Assembly (NCBI GenBank): GCA_004764695.1
Contig: SMSO01000005.1
Location: forward strand, 1,178,001-1,242,000
Source of the DNA: Schizochytrium sp. TIO01
Taxonomy: Eukaryota > Protista > Bigyra: Labyrinthulomycetes
Length of the DNA stretch: 64,000 nucleotides
Direction of reading: 5' to 3'
Numbering within the stretch: the stretch's first letter is position 1; every line of letters begins with the position of its first letter. The notes under the pieces were generated by a model. The model worked only from the letters and a program-made list of their open reading frames with translations, was not told the DNA's origin and did not search any database. This document shows, in pieces, positions 1-8,909 of the stretch. A program made the position numbers and the translations under genes.

Positions 1-1
1 A

Positions 2-967
2 AAGGTTTTTGAAGGGAAATTCAGGAAAAGTAGGGTCGCTATTAAAGAATATCTGGGTGGGCGCACCCACTCAAGCTTCATTCGTGAAGTGAATAACTTG
101 CGCAGGCTCAAGCATCCAAACATCATACGTTTTTATGGCGCAGTTGATTCTGATCTTCACCGTCTTTTAGTAATGGAGTATGCTCCAAATTCTTTAGCAA
201 ATATTATTGAGCCAAGAGGACTTCCAAGTGGACAAGCTCCGACGGCAGTGGCCTTGCTTCAATGGGCTCAGGAGCTAGCAAGTGGTTTGGCCTTCCTTCA
301 CAGCAAGGGTCTTATTCATTTCGACGTGAAACCTGAAAATGTCCTTCTTGATGAAGGTTGGAATGTCAAATTATGTGACTTTGGTGTTTCACGCAGCATC
401 GACTCGGTTCTTCGACCTCCAAGTACAAATGATCAAGAGGGAGGCACTCCGTCTTATACCGCCCCAGAGATGCTAACTGGTGACCGAGCACAGCTTTCTT
501 CAAAGGTTGATGTTTATGCCTTCGCTATTGTATTCTGGCAAATGTTTCACCATGGAGAGGCGCCCCATCCAGACCAATGGAGTGTAATTGAAGTCCTTAC
601 TCAAGTGTCGATGGAAAACTATCGTCCTCCAATTAAACCGGAGACTCCTGAACCTTTGCAGGATATCATTACCTCCTGCTGGGAGACGAACCCAGAGGAC
701 CGCCCAAGTATGGCAGAAGTCTATGAGATGCTTGATGAAATTCTCGGTTCTCGCTCTATTGATATTGTAAAGAATGCCTCGTTTTCAAACAAAAAGCCGA
801 ACTTTGAGCTTGGCCAGCAAGTCTATGTATTCAATCAATCGTTACAGTCCTGGTTACCGGACTGTCCATCAAAACTCACTTCGAACCGTCTCAATCGTCC
901 TTCACAAACTTACAAAGTTCTTGGTACCACCACACACGAAGACAACCTTATTCTTGCAAACAATTAA
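2..967 (+). CDS. Ser/Thr protein kinase, TKL/MLK-Raf-like (5' end outside window)
   Basis: Frame is open from base 2 (KVFEGKFRKSRVAIKEYL, VAIK lysine). Motifs HPNII, HFDVKPENVLL, DFG, GGTPSYTAPE, SKVDVYAF and CWETNPEDRP are present; ends TAA at 967. Confidence 0.93.
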   Translation, partial: KVFEGKFRKSRVAIKEYLGGRTHSSFIREVNNLRRLKHPNIIRFYGAVDSDLHRLLVMEYAPNSLANIIEPRGLPSGQAPTAVALLQWAQELASGLAFLHSKGLIHFDVKPENVLLDEGWNVKLCDFGVSRSIDSVLRPPSTNDQEGGTPSYTAPEMLTGDRAQLSSKVDVYAFAIVFWQMFHHGEAPHPDQWSVIEVLTQVSMENYRPPIKPETPEPLQDIITSCWETNPEDRPSMAEVYEMLDEILGSRSIDIVKNASFSNKKPNFELGQQVYVFNQSLQSWLPDCPSKLTSNRLNRPSQTYKVLGTTTHEDNLILANN

Positions 968-2673
968 TTTGAACTCACCCAACCATGTTAACTTATATTG
1001 AACCATTTAATTTGCCCGCAATGTCCTAGTATTAAATTTATTTCTATTCAGAACAACGTTGACCCCTTTGATCAGTGCATGGATGGGTTCCATTTTTAAA
1101 GAAAATCAGGAAGGGACGTAAATAGTGCTTTTAGTTGATTTGATTTTGGGTGTGGCTTCACTTGCTTTTGCTCGTTTGCTGTAACGTGAAGAAACTGTGC
1201 TTGTGGTGAAAACAATACGCAAATAATACAAACATCGATCGGAAATCATAAATAGCTGTTTGGCTTCATCGTTGCTTCAATACGCTACCCGTAACTTCCT
1301 TAGAGACTTCATTCAAATTGCGGAGGGTTCCGCAGGTGCTCCTCAGCACCCTACAGAAGAAATTGATTCACTTTTGCATTTCCTGTTTTTCTAGAGACCG
1401 AATCTTAAAGAAAACGTCAATCAAGTCATGCAAGGATATCGCGATACTTGTGCTCGCCAACATTAAATTTCTTCAATTGAATCTCAGTAGCGTGCGTATA
1501 TGTGTTCGAAGGTTCCAGCGAGGATCATACCGTATCTCAGAAGCCCCATCTTTTCTATTCTTAACCAAAAGTTAGACATTATAGACATAGTCAAACATAG
1601 CGATATGAGGTAATGTCTTTGCGAGGAAATTGATCAGTCACAGACAAGTTGCTTGTAGTTTTACACCCCGGGTTATTCCAATTGCATCATGTCAAAAAGA
1701 AGAATTAGTCGCTGTATAATCGTAAAGGAAAGCTCTTGTATATGTGCTATTACTAAGTGATGAACATGGTCAGCTAGAAGTTTACTATGAATGCGAAGAC
1801 AAAAACCGGAAGAATGTCTGAGGAAGGCTTGACTAACTTCAATTACAAGTTCATCAGATCGCTCATTCGTAAGCCAAAGACACTCCTGATCTGTACTAGA
1901 CCCGACAAAAAAGATACCAGATTAACGTACTTGACTCTTCAAATATTAGTTTGGATTTCACCAGACAAATCCGATACACTCACTTCTAAAGTATCTTGGC
2001 TTCATAGCTACGTATCTGGTTATGACTGTATAGTTTGAATTCTATGTAATCCCTAATTCTTGAAAGATTTACAATGGCACGCCAAAACCCCTAGCAATAC
2101 CTTGGCCACATGATACTCCGATAATAGATATTAGTAGCTATCATGGTAGAGACTTCCTCAAAATGGAATTTGTAGAGTCGAGACGAGTACCATTTAAATA
2201 ATTAACACTCTTGCAATAATATCCCGAAAATTGGTGTACTGGTTGATATCTTACATTTGGAAAATTCATAGTCTCAATCGTTGGCTTGATATATATTCAC
2301 AGAATGAAGTTTTACCTTATTACTTCTGAGATTGAGAAACTCACAGTGATTACTTTGGTTTGACTTGAGTTTTTAGCCCAAGTTAAAGATTGTCCCTGAA
2401 GTATGAGCGTAAGAGATTCGTCTTTTATCCTGGTAGAAAACAGGAATATAAAAAAATTCGAAGCTCATTTCCAAAAACTAAGATAAAGGATTATGGGAAG
2501 TAGAGTAAAGTAAAGCCAGGGAAAAGTAGCCTATCACGGGCAAGATTCTTTTGGGATGAAGTTACCTATGTAATGTAACATAAAAAATTAGGTATCTATA
2601 TATAATTTTCTTTTAACTTAAATTAAAAGTAAATCAAAAGTAATGTATAATAACACTTTTATGAAAAAGAGAG

Positions 2674-2744
2674 TTCCCACGCCGGGAATCGAACCCGGAG
2701 ATTGACGGTGAGAGCGTCAAATGTTGCCATTACACCACATGGGA
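2674..2744 (-). tRNA. tRNA-Glu(CTC), copy 1 (D-loop C variant)
   Basis: Reverse complement is TCCCATG-TG-GTGT-AATGGCA-ACAT-T-TGACG-CTCTCAC-CGTCA-ATCT-CCGGG-TTCGATT-CCCGG-CGTGGGA-A: full cloverleaf, A box TGGTGTAATGG, B box GGTTCGATTCC, T-run downstream. Confidence 0.96.
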
Positions 2745-2866
2745 GATTTTAGGAGATGGAGTCCGTATTTTCTAAGGAATTCATACGATAAAATCTGGTA
2801 ACCAATAGTTAAAAAAAAAACAATTTACTCAGAGCTGTGCGAGGGAAACAAAAAAGAAAAGAAATT

Positions 2867-2937
2867 TTCCCACGCCGGGAATCGAACCCGGAGATTGACG
2901 GTGAGAGCGTCAAATGTTGCCATTACACCACATGGGA
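2867..2937 (-). tRNA. tRNA-Glu(CTC), copy 2 (C variant)
   Basis: Same 71-nt cloverleaf as copy 1. Confidence 0.96.
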
Positions 2938-3048
2938 GATTTCGAGAGATGGAGACCGAATTTTCTAAGGAATTCATACCATAAAATCTGGTAACCAACA
3001 ATTAAAAACAAAACAATTTACTCAGAGCTGTGCGAGAAAAAAGAAATG

Positions 3049-3119
3049 TTCCCACGCCGGGAATCGAACCCGGAGATTGACGGTGAGAGCGTCAAATGTT
3101 GCCATTACACCACATGGGA
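3049..3119 (-). tRNA. tRNA-Glu(CTC), copy 3 (C variant)
   Basis: Same 71-nt cloverleaf. Confidence 0.96.
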
Positions 3120-3448
3120 GAGATAACAGGTTACTGCCAGTGTCCCCAGGGAATATATATATGTAGATTACTAATTAAAAAATCTCGTACCATTCGTCAT
3201 AAGGTATTACCAGTAGGTAGTAGGTTAGGTTGATTAATTGCTAGTCAATTTGTCATGGAGGATGAATCAGTACGATGAGCTCGAACAACAGAAACATAGT
3301 GTCGAAGAGGAAATACAAGGAATTACAGATGTCTATCTCCATGGGAGATTTCTACAGAGGTCTACAGCTTAACTATAACATAGTTTTGTAGTGGTTAGTC
3401 TAATTAAATGCCTAGTATGTTGCATGGGAAGAGGCATCGTGAATATAG

Positions 3449-3519
3449 TCCCATGTGGTGCAATGGTAACATGAGACGACTTCACCGCTAATCTCCCGGT
3501 CTGATTCCCGTCGTAGAAA
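3449..3519 (+). pseudogene. Degenerate tRNA-Glu pseudogene (loop reads AC-TTC-AC)
   Basis: tcccatgtggtgcaatggtaacatgagacgacttcaccgctaatctcccggtctgattcccgtcgtagaaa is colinear with the array tRNA, but the anticodon stem, T loop (TCTGATT) and acceptor stem are broken. Confidence 0.85.
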
Positions 3520-4348
3520 ACAAATGTTGAGATGATATTCACATTTAACTAAAAAAAATATATAAATGATAATGTAAAACCTGGCGAAGGTCATGATGTT
3601 TTGTTCTGAGACGTTACTCACGCAAACAAATGATAGTAGTAGTAGCTTCTAAATACCAGGAGTAATCATGGGTAACTAGTGTTCCTGTTTTTCAATGATC
3701 CAGCATATCTCTAATTGAAGATGAGTATGGACAACTATTGACATGATTCTTCACCGCTGTCAGCATTGGGGAGCATGTCAATTACTCCTTGGCTTATGTT
3801 AAGACTCATTTTTAAAACTTCCCAACAGTTTGAACATGATTCTTCCACACCATAGAGTTGAAAGCCCCCATGAGGTTCCTCATATACTCGCGAAATTTTG
3901 CCAACGAGATATTCTGATGTTTGATAAATAAATTTATTGACCGGGCCTATTTCGTTGCTGTCCATACAGGTCGTGTCTTCAGCTAGACCAACGTTCTACC
4001 CATGTATTATATAAATATCTAATCAGACAGCTAAAATTCTATGGTAAAGCTAAGTTTGAACAATTATGCTGGCCATGCACAAGGCCAGTAGTTTATTTCG
4101 ATTGATGATTTTAATGTATACGAAACACGAAAGTTGTTAACTTATCGATTGAAGCACAGATAGATCTCAAATCTCTCATATTAAACTTAAAACTTTAAAA
4201 CATATATAAATATATAATAAACTTCGTCTTATTCTAATAAATACTATAGTTCCACAGCACTACTGGAAAATCGGTGAACACAAAATGTTATTATTATTTA
4301 GTTGGTATAAGAATTCCTTCCAGAAATTCCTCTATATCTTCCAACAAC

Positions 4349-4419
4349 TCCCATGTGGTGTAATGGTAACATTTGACGCTCTCACCGTCAATCTCCGGGT
4401 TCGATTCCCGGCGTGGGAA
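4349..4419 (+). tRNA. tRNA-Glu(CTC), copy 4 (D-loop T variant)
   Basis: Same cloverleaf with D loop AATGGTA; followed by a T-run. Confidence 0.96.
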
Positions 4420-4530
4420 CATCTCTTTTTTCTCGCAAAGCTCTGAGTAAATTGTTTTTTTTTAAATTCTTGGTTTTTAGCTTTTAAGCTATGAATTCCT
4501 AAGAAAGTACAGACTCCATCTCCTAAAATC

Positions 4531-4601
4531 TCCCATGTGGTGTAATGGCAACATTTGACGCTCTCACCGTCAATCTCCGGGTTCGATTCCCGGCGTGGGA
4601 A
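4531..4601 (+). tRNA. tRNA-Glu(CTC), copy 5 (C variant)
   Basis: Same cloverleaf. Confidence 0.96.
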
Positions 4602-4710
4602 CTCTATTTTTTCTATTCCAAAACTCTCAGAATATTATCTTTTTGATGGTTTATTCTTAGATTTTACTGTATATTTTCCTTAGAGACCAGGGCTCCTATC
4701 CCCTGAAATC

Positions 4711-4781
4711 TCCCATGTGGTGTAATGGTAACATTTGACGCTCTCACCGTCAATCTCCGGGTTCGATTCCCGGCGTGGGAA
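4711..4781 (+). tRNA. tRNA-Glu(CTC), copy 6 (T variant)
   Basis: Same cloverleaf. Confidence 0.96.
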
Positions 4782-4892
4782 CATTTTTTTTCTTCTTCTA
4801 TGAAGTACTTCATTCTTGATTTTAAAAACTGTTCATTGTTGAGGGTAGCTTTATATTTTCCAAGGCTGTCAAACATTTCATCTTCCGAATTC

Positions 4893-4963
4893 TCCCATGT
4901 GGTGTAATGGTAACATTTGACGCTCTCACCGTCAATCTCCGGGTTCGATTCCCGGCGTGGGAA
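4893..4963 (+). tRNA. tRNA-Glu(CTC), copy 7 (T variant)
   Basis: Same cloverleaf. Confidence 0.96.
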
Positions 4964-5066
4964 CTCTTTTTTTTGTTCCAAAACTCTCAGAATATTATTT
5001 TTTCGATGGCTCTCAGCTTTTATTGTATATGTGCTTTATGAAAATGAACTTGCATCTCTTGAATTT

Positions 5067-5137
5067 TCCCATGTGGTGTAATGGCAACATTTGACGCTCT
5101 CACCGTCAATCTCCGGGTTCGATTCCCGGCGTGGGAA
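5067..5137 (+). tRNA. tRNA-Glu(CTC), copy 8 (C variant)
   Basis: Same cloverleaf. Confidence 0.96.
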
Positions 5138-5245
5138 CTCTCTTTTTCCTCTCGCAAAGCTCTCAGGATATTATATTTTTTAGAGTTGATTGTCAAATTT
5201 AAGGTATAAACTCCCTAGAAAATCTCGCCATCATCTCTTCAAATC

Positions 5246-5316
5246 TCCCATGTGGTGTAATGGCAACATTTGACGCTCTCACCGTCAATCTCCGGGTTCG
5301 ATTCCCGGCGTGGGAA
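5246..5316 (+). tRNA. tRNA-Glu(CTC), copy 9 (C variant)
   Basis: Same cloverleaf. Confidence 0.96.
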
Positions 5317-5417
5317 CTTTCTTTTTTCTCTCGCAAGACCCTTAGTATTTTTTGGGATTTCTTAGTAGCATTAAAGGTATATCTTCCTTGAGCGTTGTCT
5401 CCACTATCTCTTGAATC

Positions 5418-5488
5418 TCCCATGTGGTGTAATGGTAACATTTGACGCTCTCACCGTCAATCTCCGGGTTCGATTCCCGGCGTGGGAA
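5418..5488 (+). tRNA. tRNA-Glu(CTC), copy 10 (T variant)
   Basis: Same cloverleaf. Confidence 0.96.
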
Positions 5489-5595
5489 CTCTCTTTTTCC
5501 TCTCGCAAAGCTCTCAGGAATTATTCTTTTCAGTGTTAATTATCATATTTGACGTATGAACTCCTTGGAAAATCTGGTCCTCATCTCAGGAAATC

Positions 5596-5666
5596 TCCCA
5601 TGTGGTGTAATGGTAACATTTGACGCTCTCACCGTCAATCTCCGGGTTCGATTCCCGGCGTGGGAA
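5596..5666 (+). tRNA. tRNA-Glu(CTC), copy 11 (T variant)
   Basis: Same cloverleaf. Confidence 0.96.
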
Positions 5667-6293
5667 CATCCTTTTTTGACATTGAAAGCTTAAGTTGCAA
5701 TAAATTTGTTGAGCACAGGCCACGTCTCGATAAATGGTACACTCTTCCGCTATGATTTCGGTCCAACCCACTGGCAGCTGTACTCCTTGAACAACACTTG
5801 CAAAAAGCAAGGACTTACCTAGTCTTAAGTAAAAGATAGGGCACCTATCTTTTAAGTTGTCGTTGTGAATACTAAAACTGAAGAGGTATCCTCACAGAGA
5901 CATTATGGAAAAGCTAAGATACAAGCTTTGCTACAATTGCAAGCAAGTCAGTAAAGTGGGGTTCCAAAGATTTTTCCTTGTCGTAGATACTATGAGATAG
6001 TCTATGCAAATTGTGGAAGTCGACGCATACATTTTCAATTAAAGTATCGGCTTCCATTGTATGTTATCACATCATCAAAAGTAGACAGCAGAAGTTTGCA
6101 TGAAATCGACCTCGTAGCCGGCACCCACCGACTCCTTGTTTGGAACTAGCATCAAGAAATTGTGGGTGCATGTCGTCCAAAAAATTAAAATTAAAACATA
6201 TAACGCATACTTAAGCCTGTGAACTCCTCGCTCAAGCAAGCTTAGGAACTCGACTTCAAGAAATCGCATTATTGAAGTAATATACAGCTACTG

Positions 6294-6350
6294 CCTAACC
6301 TCACCTCACCTCACCTCACCTCACCTAACCTAACCTAACCTAACCTAACC
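6294..6350. repeat. (CCTAA/CCTCA)n pentamer tract, telomere-like (TTAGG on minus strand)
   Basis: CCTAA, (CCTCA)5, (CCTAA)5, CC read directly. Confidence 0.9.
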
Positions 6351-7444
6351 AAGCTCTCATGTCCGACACCTCCTGTGTATTGGACTGACATCATACATTC
6401 ATCCCTGCCTGTATCCAGACCCGAAAATTCAATAACTCATATATCATCCTCTTTCTCTTTCTCCTGAGTTCGTCATCCTTGTCAGACTACCTCTGCACGC
6501 TTCACGGTGGAAGCTATCCTGCAATAAGAAGTTACACCTGATACATTAAAAGACTTAGCTATGTGTGTGCGTATGATATGGAAAGAAAGAACAGAAGTAC
6601 TTGAACGCTGAATGCGAACCTTTGCATGGTTTGATGAAAAGGGCGCCAACAGAAATTAAACTAATAATTCAAACAGCTTATTCACATTTAGAAGCTTATT
6701 CGTAATTCAGAATCATGGGAGAACGATGCGCTTGTATAAGAAATATTGATACAGGGAAGTCAGTTATGTCCATGTAGCAGGAAATAGTTCAAACTTGTAT
6801 TCGACGAAGCCAGCCAATCTGATGCAAAAGTCTTAAACTGTCCAATTTCGAGACCGTCAATTAATAAGCTCTTACTTTTGTTACAACTGGCATCGACAAC
6901 ATTAAAATGAATTTATCTATCGATGAATCAAGAATAGAAGTAACGCGCCATAGATTGCGACAAAGAGAGGTAGAAAATACAAATCAGAATATATCACTAC
7001 CTGGTACGCAATGCTTACTGACGATGCAAATTGAAGCCAACGTTAGTCGTAAGTTGCTGTTAGATAGCGAATGGGTAATAACTAGGCTTTATCAATGTCT
7101 TGAAGGGAGTGGTTTGATTTTGACAACGAGTGGAGAAATTTATGTAGTGAATGACAGCACCTGCACTCCACAGTTGAAATGCAAGAAATTCAATTGCGTG
7201 TAGAACCTACCTTCAATAGTCACCTCTCAAGACACTACCAAAGTGGTCAGCGTACACCACCAGACTCTTACAATTTCGAAGAAAACGTTAGCAGAACCAT
7301 TTGGTTCTGATACAAAGATCCGCGCGAACTTAAACATCTTGAACTGTGATTTCTTCTAGAGTAGTGGCTGGAGCTTATACATCGAGAGTGTATGAACAGA
7401 AACTTTCATTGAAAGAAAAAAAATATCAATGTCAAAAAGAGATG

Positions 7445-7515
7445 TTCCCACGCCGGGAATCGAACCCGGAGATTGACGGTGAGAGCGTCAAATGTTGCCA
7501 TTACACCACATGGGA
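7445..7515 (-). tRNA. tRNA-Glu(CTC), copy 12 (C variant)
   Basis: Same cloverleaf on minus strand. Confidence 0.96.
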
Positions 7516-7623
7516 GATTTCAGGGGATGGGAGCTCAATTTTCTAAGGCACATATAGCATAAAAGCTAAGAGCCATACAAAAAATAAAATATTCTGAGAG
7601 TTTTGGACGAGAAACAAAAAAAG

Positions 7624-7694
7624 TTCCCACGCCGGGAATCGAACCCGGAGATTGACGGTGAGAGCGTCAAATGTTACCATTACACCACATGGGA
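7624..7694 (-). tRNA. tRNA-Glu(CTC), copy 13 (T variant)
   Basis: Same cloverleaf. Confidence 0.96.
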
Positions 7695-7798
7695 GATTTC
7701 AGAAGATGAGAGAACGTTGTCCCAAGACACTTATGTAATTAGATCTAAAAGACATCAAAAAATAATATTCTGAGAGTTTTGGAAGAGAAAAAAGAAAG

Positions 7799-7869
7799 TT
7801 CCCACGCCGGGAATCGAACCCGGAGATTGACGGTGAGAGCGTCAAATGTTGCCATTACACCACATGGGA
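7799..7869 (-). tRNA. tRNA-Glu(CTC), copy 14 (C variant)
   Basis: Same cloverleaf. Confidence 0.96.
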
Positions 7870-7978
7870 GATTTTAGGAGATGAAGGTCAAGTTTGCCAT
7901 GGAACACATAGTTTTAGATCAGATAGTAAATAATTTAAAAAAGAACTTATGGTAAAAGTTGGAAGAGTAAAAAGAGAA

Positions 7979-8049
7979 TTCCCACGCCGGGAATCGAACC
8001 CGGAGATTGACGGTGAGAGCGTCAAATGTTACCATTACACCACATGGGA
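7979..8049 (-). tRNA. tRNA-Glu(CTC), copy 15 (T variant)
   Basis: Same cloverleaf. Confidence 0.96.
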
Positions 8050-8153
8050 GAATTCAGAAGATGGAAAGTCCAATTTTCTAAGGCACATATACATTTGAAT
8101 CTGAGGATAATTTTAAAAAAGAACTGAGGAAAGGCTTGGGGGGGAAAAAGATG

Positions 8154-8224
8154 TTCCCACGCCGGGAATCGAACCCGGAGATTGACGGTGAGAGCGTCAA
8201 ATGTTGCCATTACACCACATGGGA
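8154..8224 (-). tRNA. tRNA-Glu(CTC), copy 16 (C variant)
   Basis: Same cloverleaf. Confidence 0.96.
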
Positions 8225-8335
8225 GATTTCAGAAGATGAAACCTCTGTCAGCCTTGGAAGAAATAAAGTTACTATCAATAATTAGCAATTTTAAAAATTA
8301 AGAATGAAGTACTTCACAGTAGAAGAAAAAGAATG

Positions 8336-8406
8336 TTCCCACGCCGGGAATCGAACCCGGAGATTGACGGTGAGAGCGTCAAATGTTGCCATTACACCAC
8401 ATGGGA
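8336..8406 (-). tRNA. tRNA-Glu(CTC), copy 17 (C variant)
   Basis: Same cloverleaf. Confidence 0.96.
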
Positions 8407-8520
8407 GACTTCATTGGATAATATCGTTACCAGCTTGGGAATCCATAAACTGAGAGAAGTCAAATAGCAATAAAAAAATGTAGAATGAAGTTATTCAGGG
8501 CTTTGAGAGCAAAAAAGATG

Positions 8521-8591
8521 TTCCCACGCCGGGAATCGAACCCGGAGATTGACGGTGAGAGCGTCAAATGTTGCCATTACACCACATGGGA
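8521..8591 (-). tRNA. tRNA-Glu(CTC), copy 18 (C variant)
   Basis: Same cloverleaf. Confidence 0.96.
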
Positions 8592-8689
8592 AGTTTGAGG
8601 CATGAGTCATCATTTTTCCTTGGTAACAATATACTAAAGAATTACTACCATCCATTAAAAATTAATAAGTCACCAGTCAAAAAGGGATG

Positions 8690-8760
8690 TTCCCACGCCG
8701 GGAATCGAACCCGGAGATTGACGGTGAGAGCGTCAAATGTTACCATTACACCACATGGGA
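8690..8760 (-). tRNA. tRNA-Glu(CTC), copy 19 (T variant)
   Basis: Same cloverleaf. Confidence 0.96.
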
Positions 8761-8909
8761 TAAGCACTTATGCGATAAACTAATCTTCCGATGATGGAAC
8801 TTATAAACTGGGAGTGTTATTGTTGTAAAATCTCAGGTACCAAAATTATAACTATAATCTTATTATCTATTTACAACTTTACTCAAACCTACTCTTTTAT
8901 AGAGCCAAT

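Noticed and set aside
1787-2450. Possible retroelement remnant upstream of the tRNA array
   Set aside because: No RT, integrase, gag or terminal-repeat motif is recognisable in the frames I read.
2674-8760. CRISPR array interpretation of the repeat-spacer pattern
   Set aside because: The repeats are 71-nt full tRNA cloverleaves with A/B boxes, the spacers are >95 nt and homologous to each other, there are no cas genes, and the context is eukaryotic.
2674-8760. Suppressor tRNA or genetic-code reassignment explaining the in-frame TAG
   Set aside because: Every intact copy has anticodon CTC (Glu), none CTA. TAA, TAG and TGA all appear to terminate genes normally in this window.
3412-8783. Short ORFs containing FPRRESNPEIDGESVKC / SHAGNRTRRLTVRASNV
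   Set aside because: They are translations of the tRNA repeat, not proteins.
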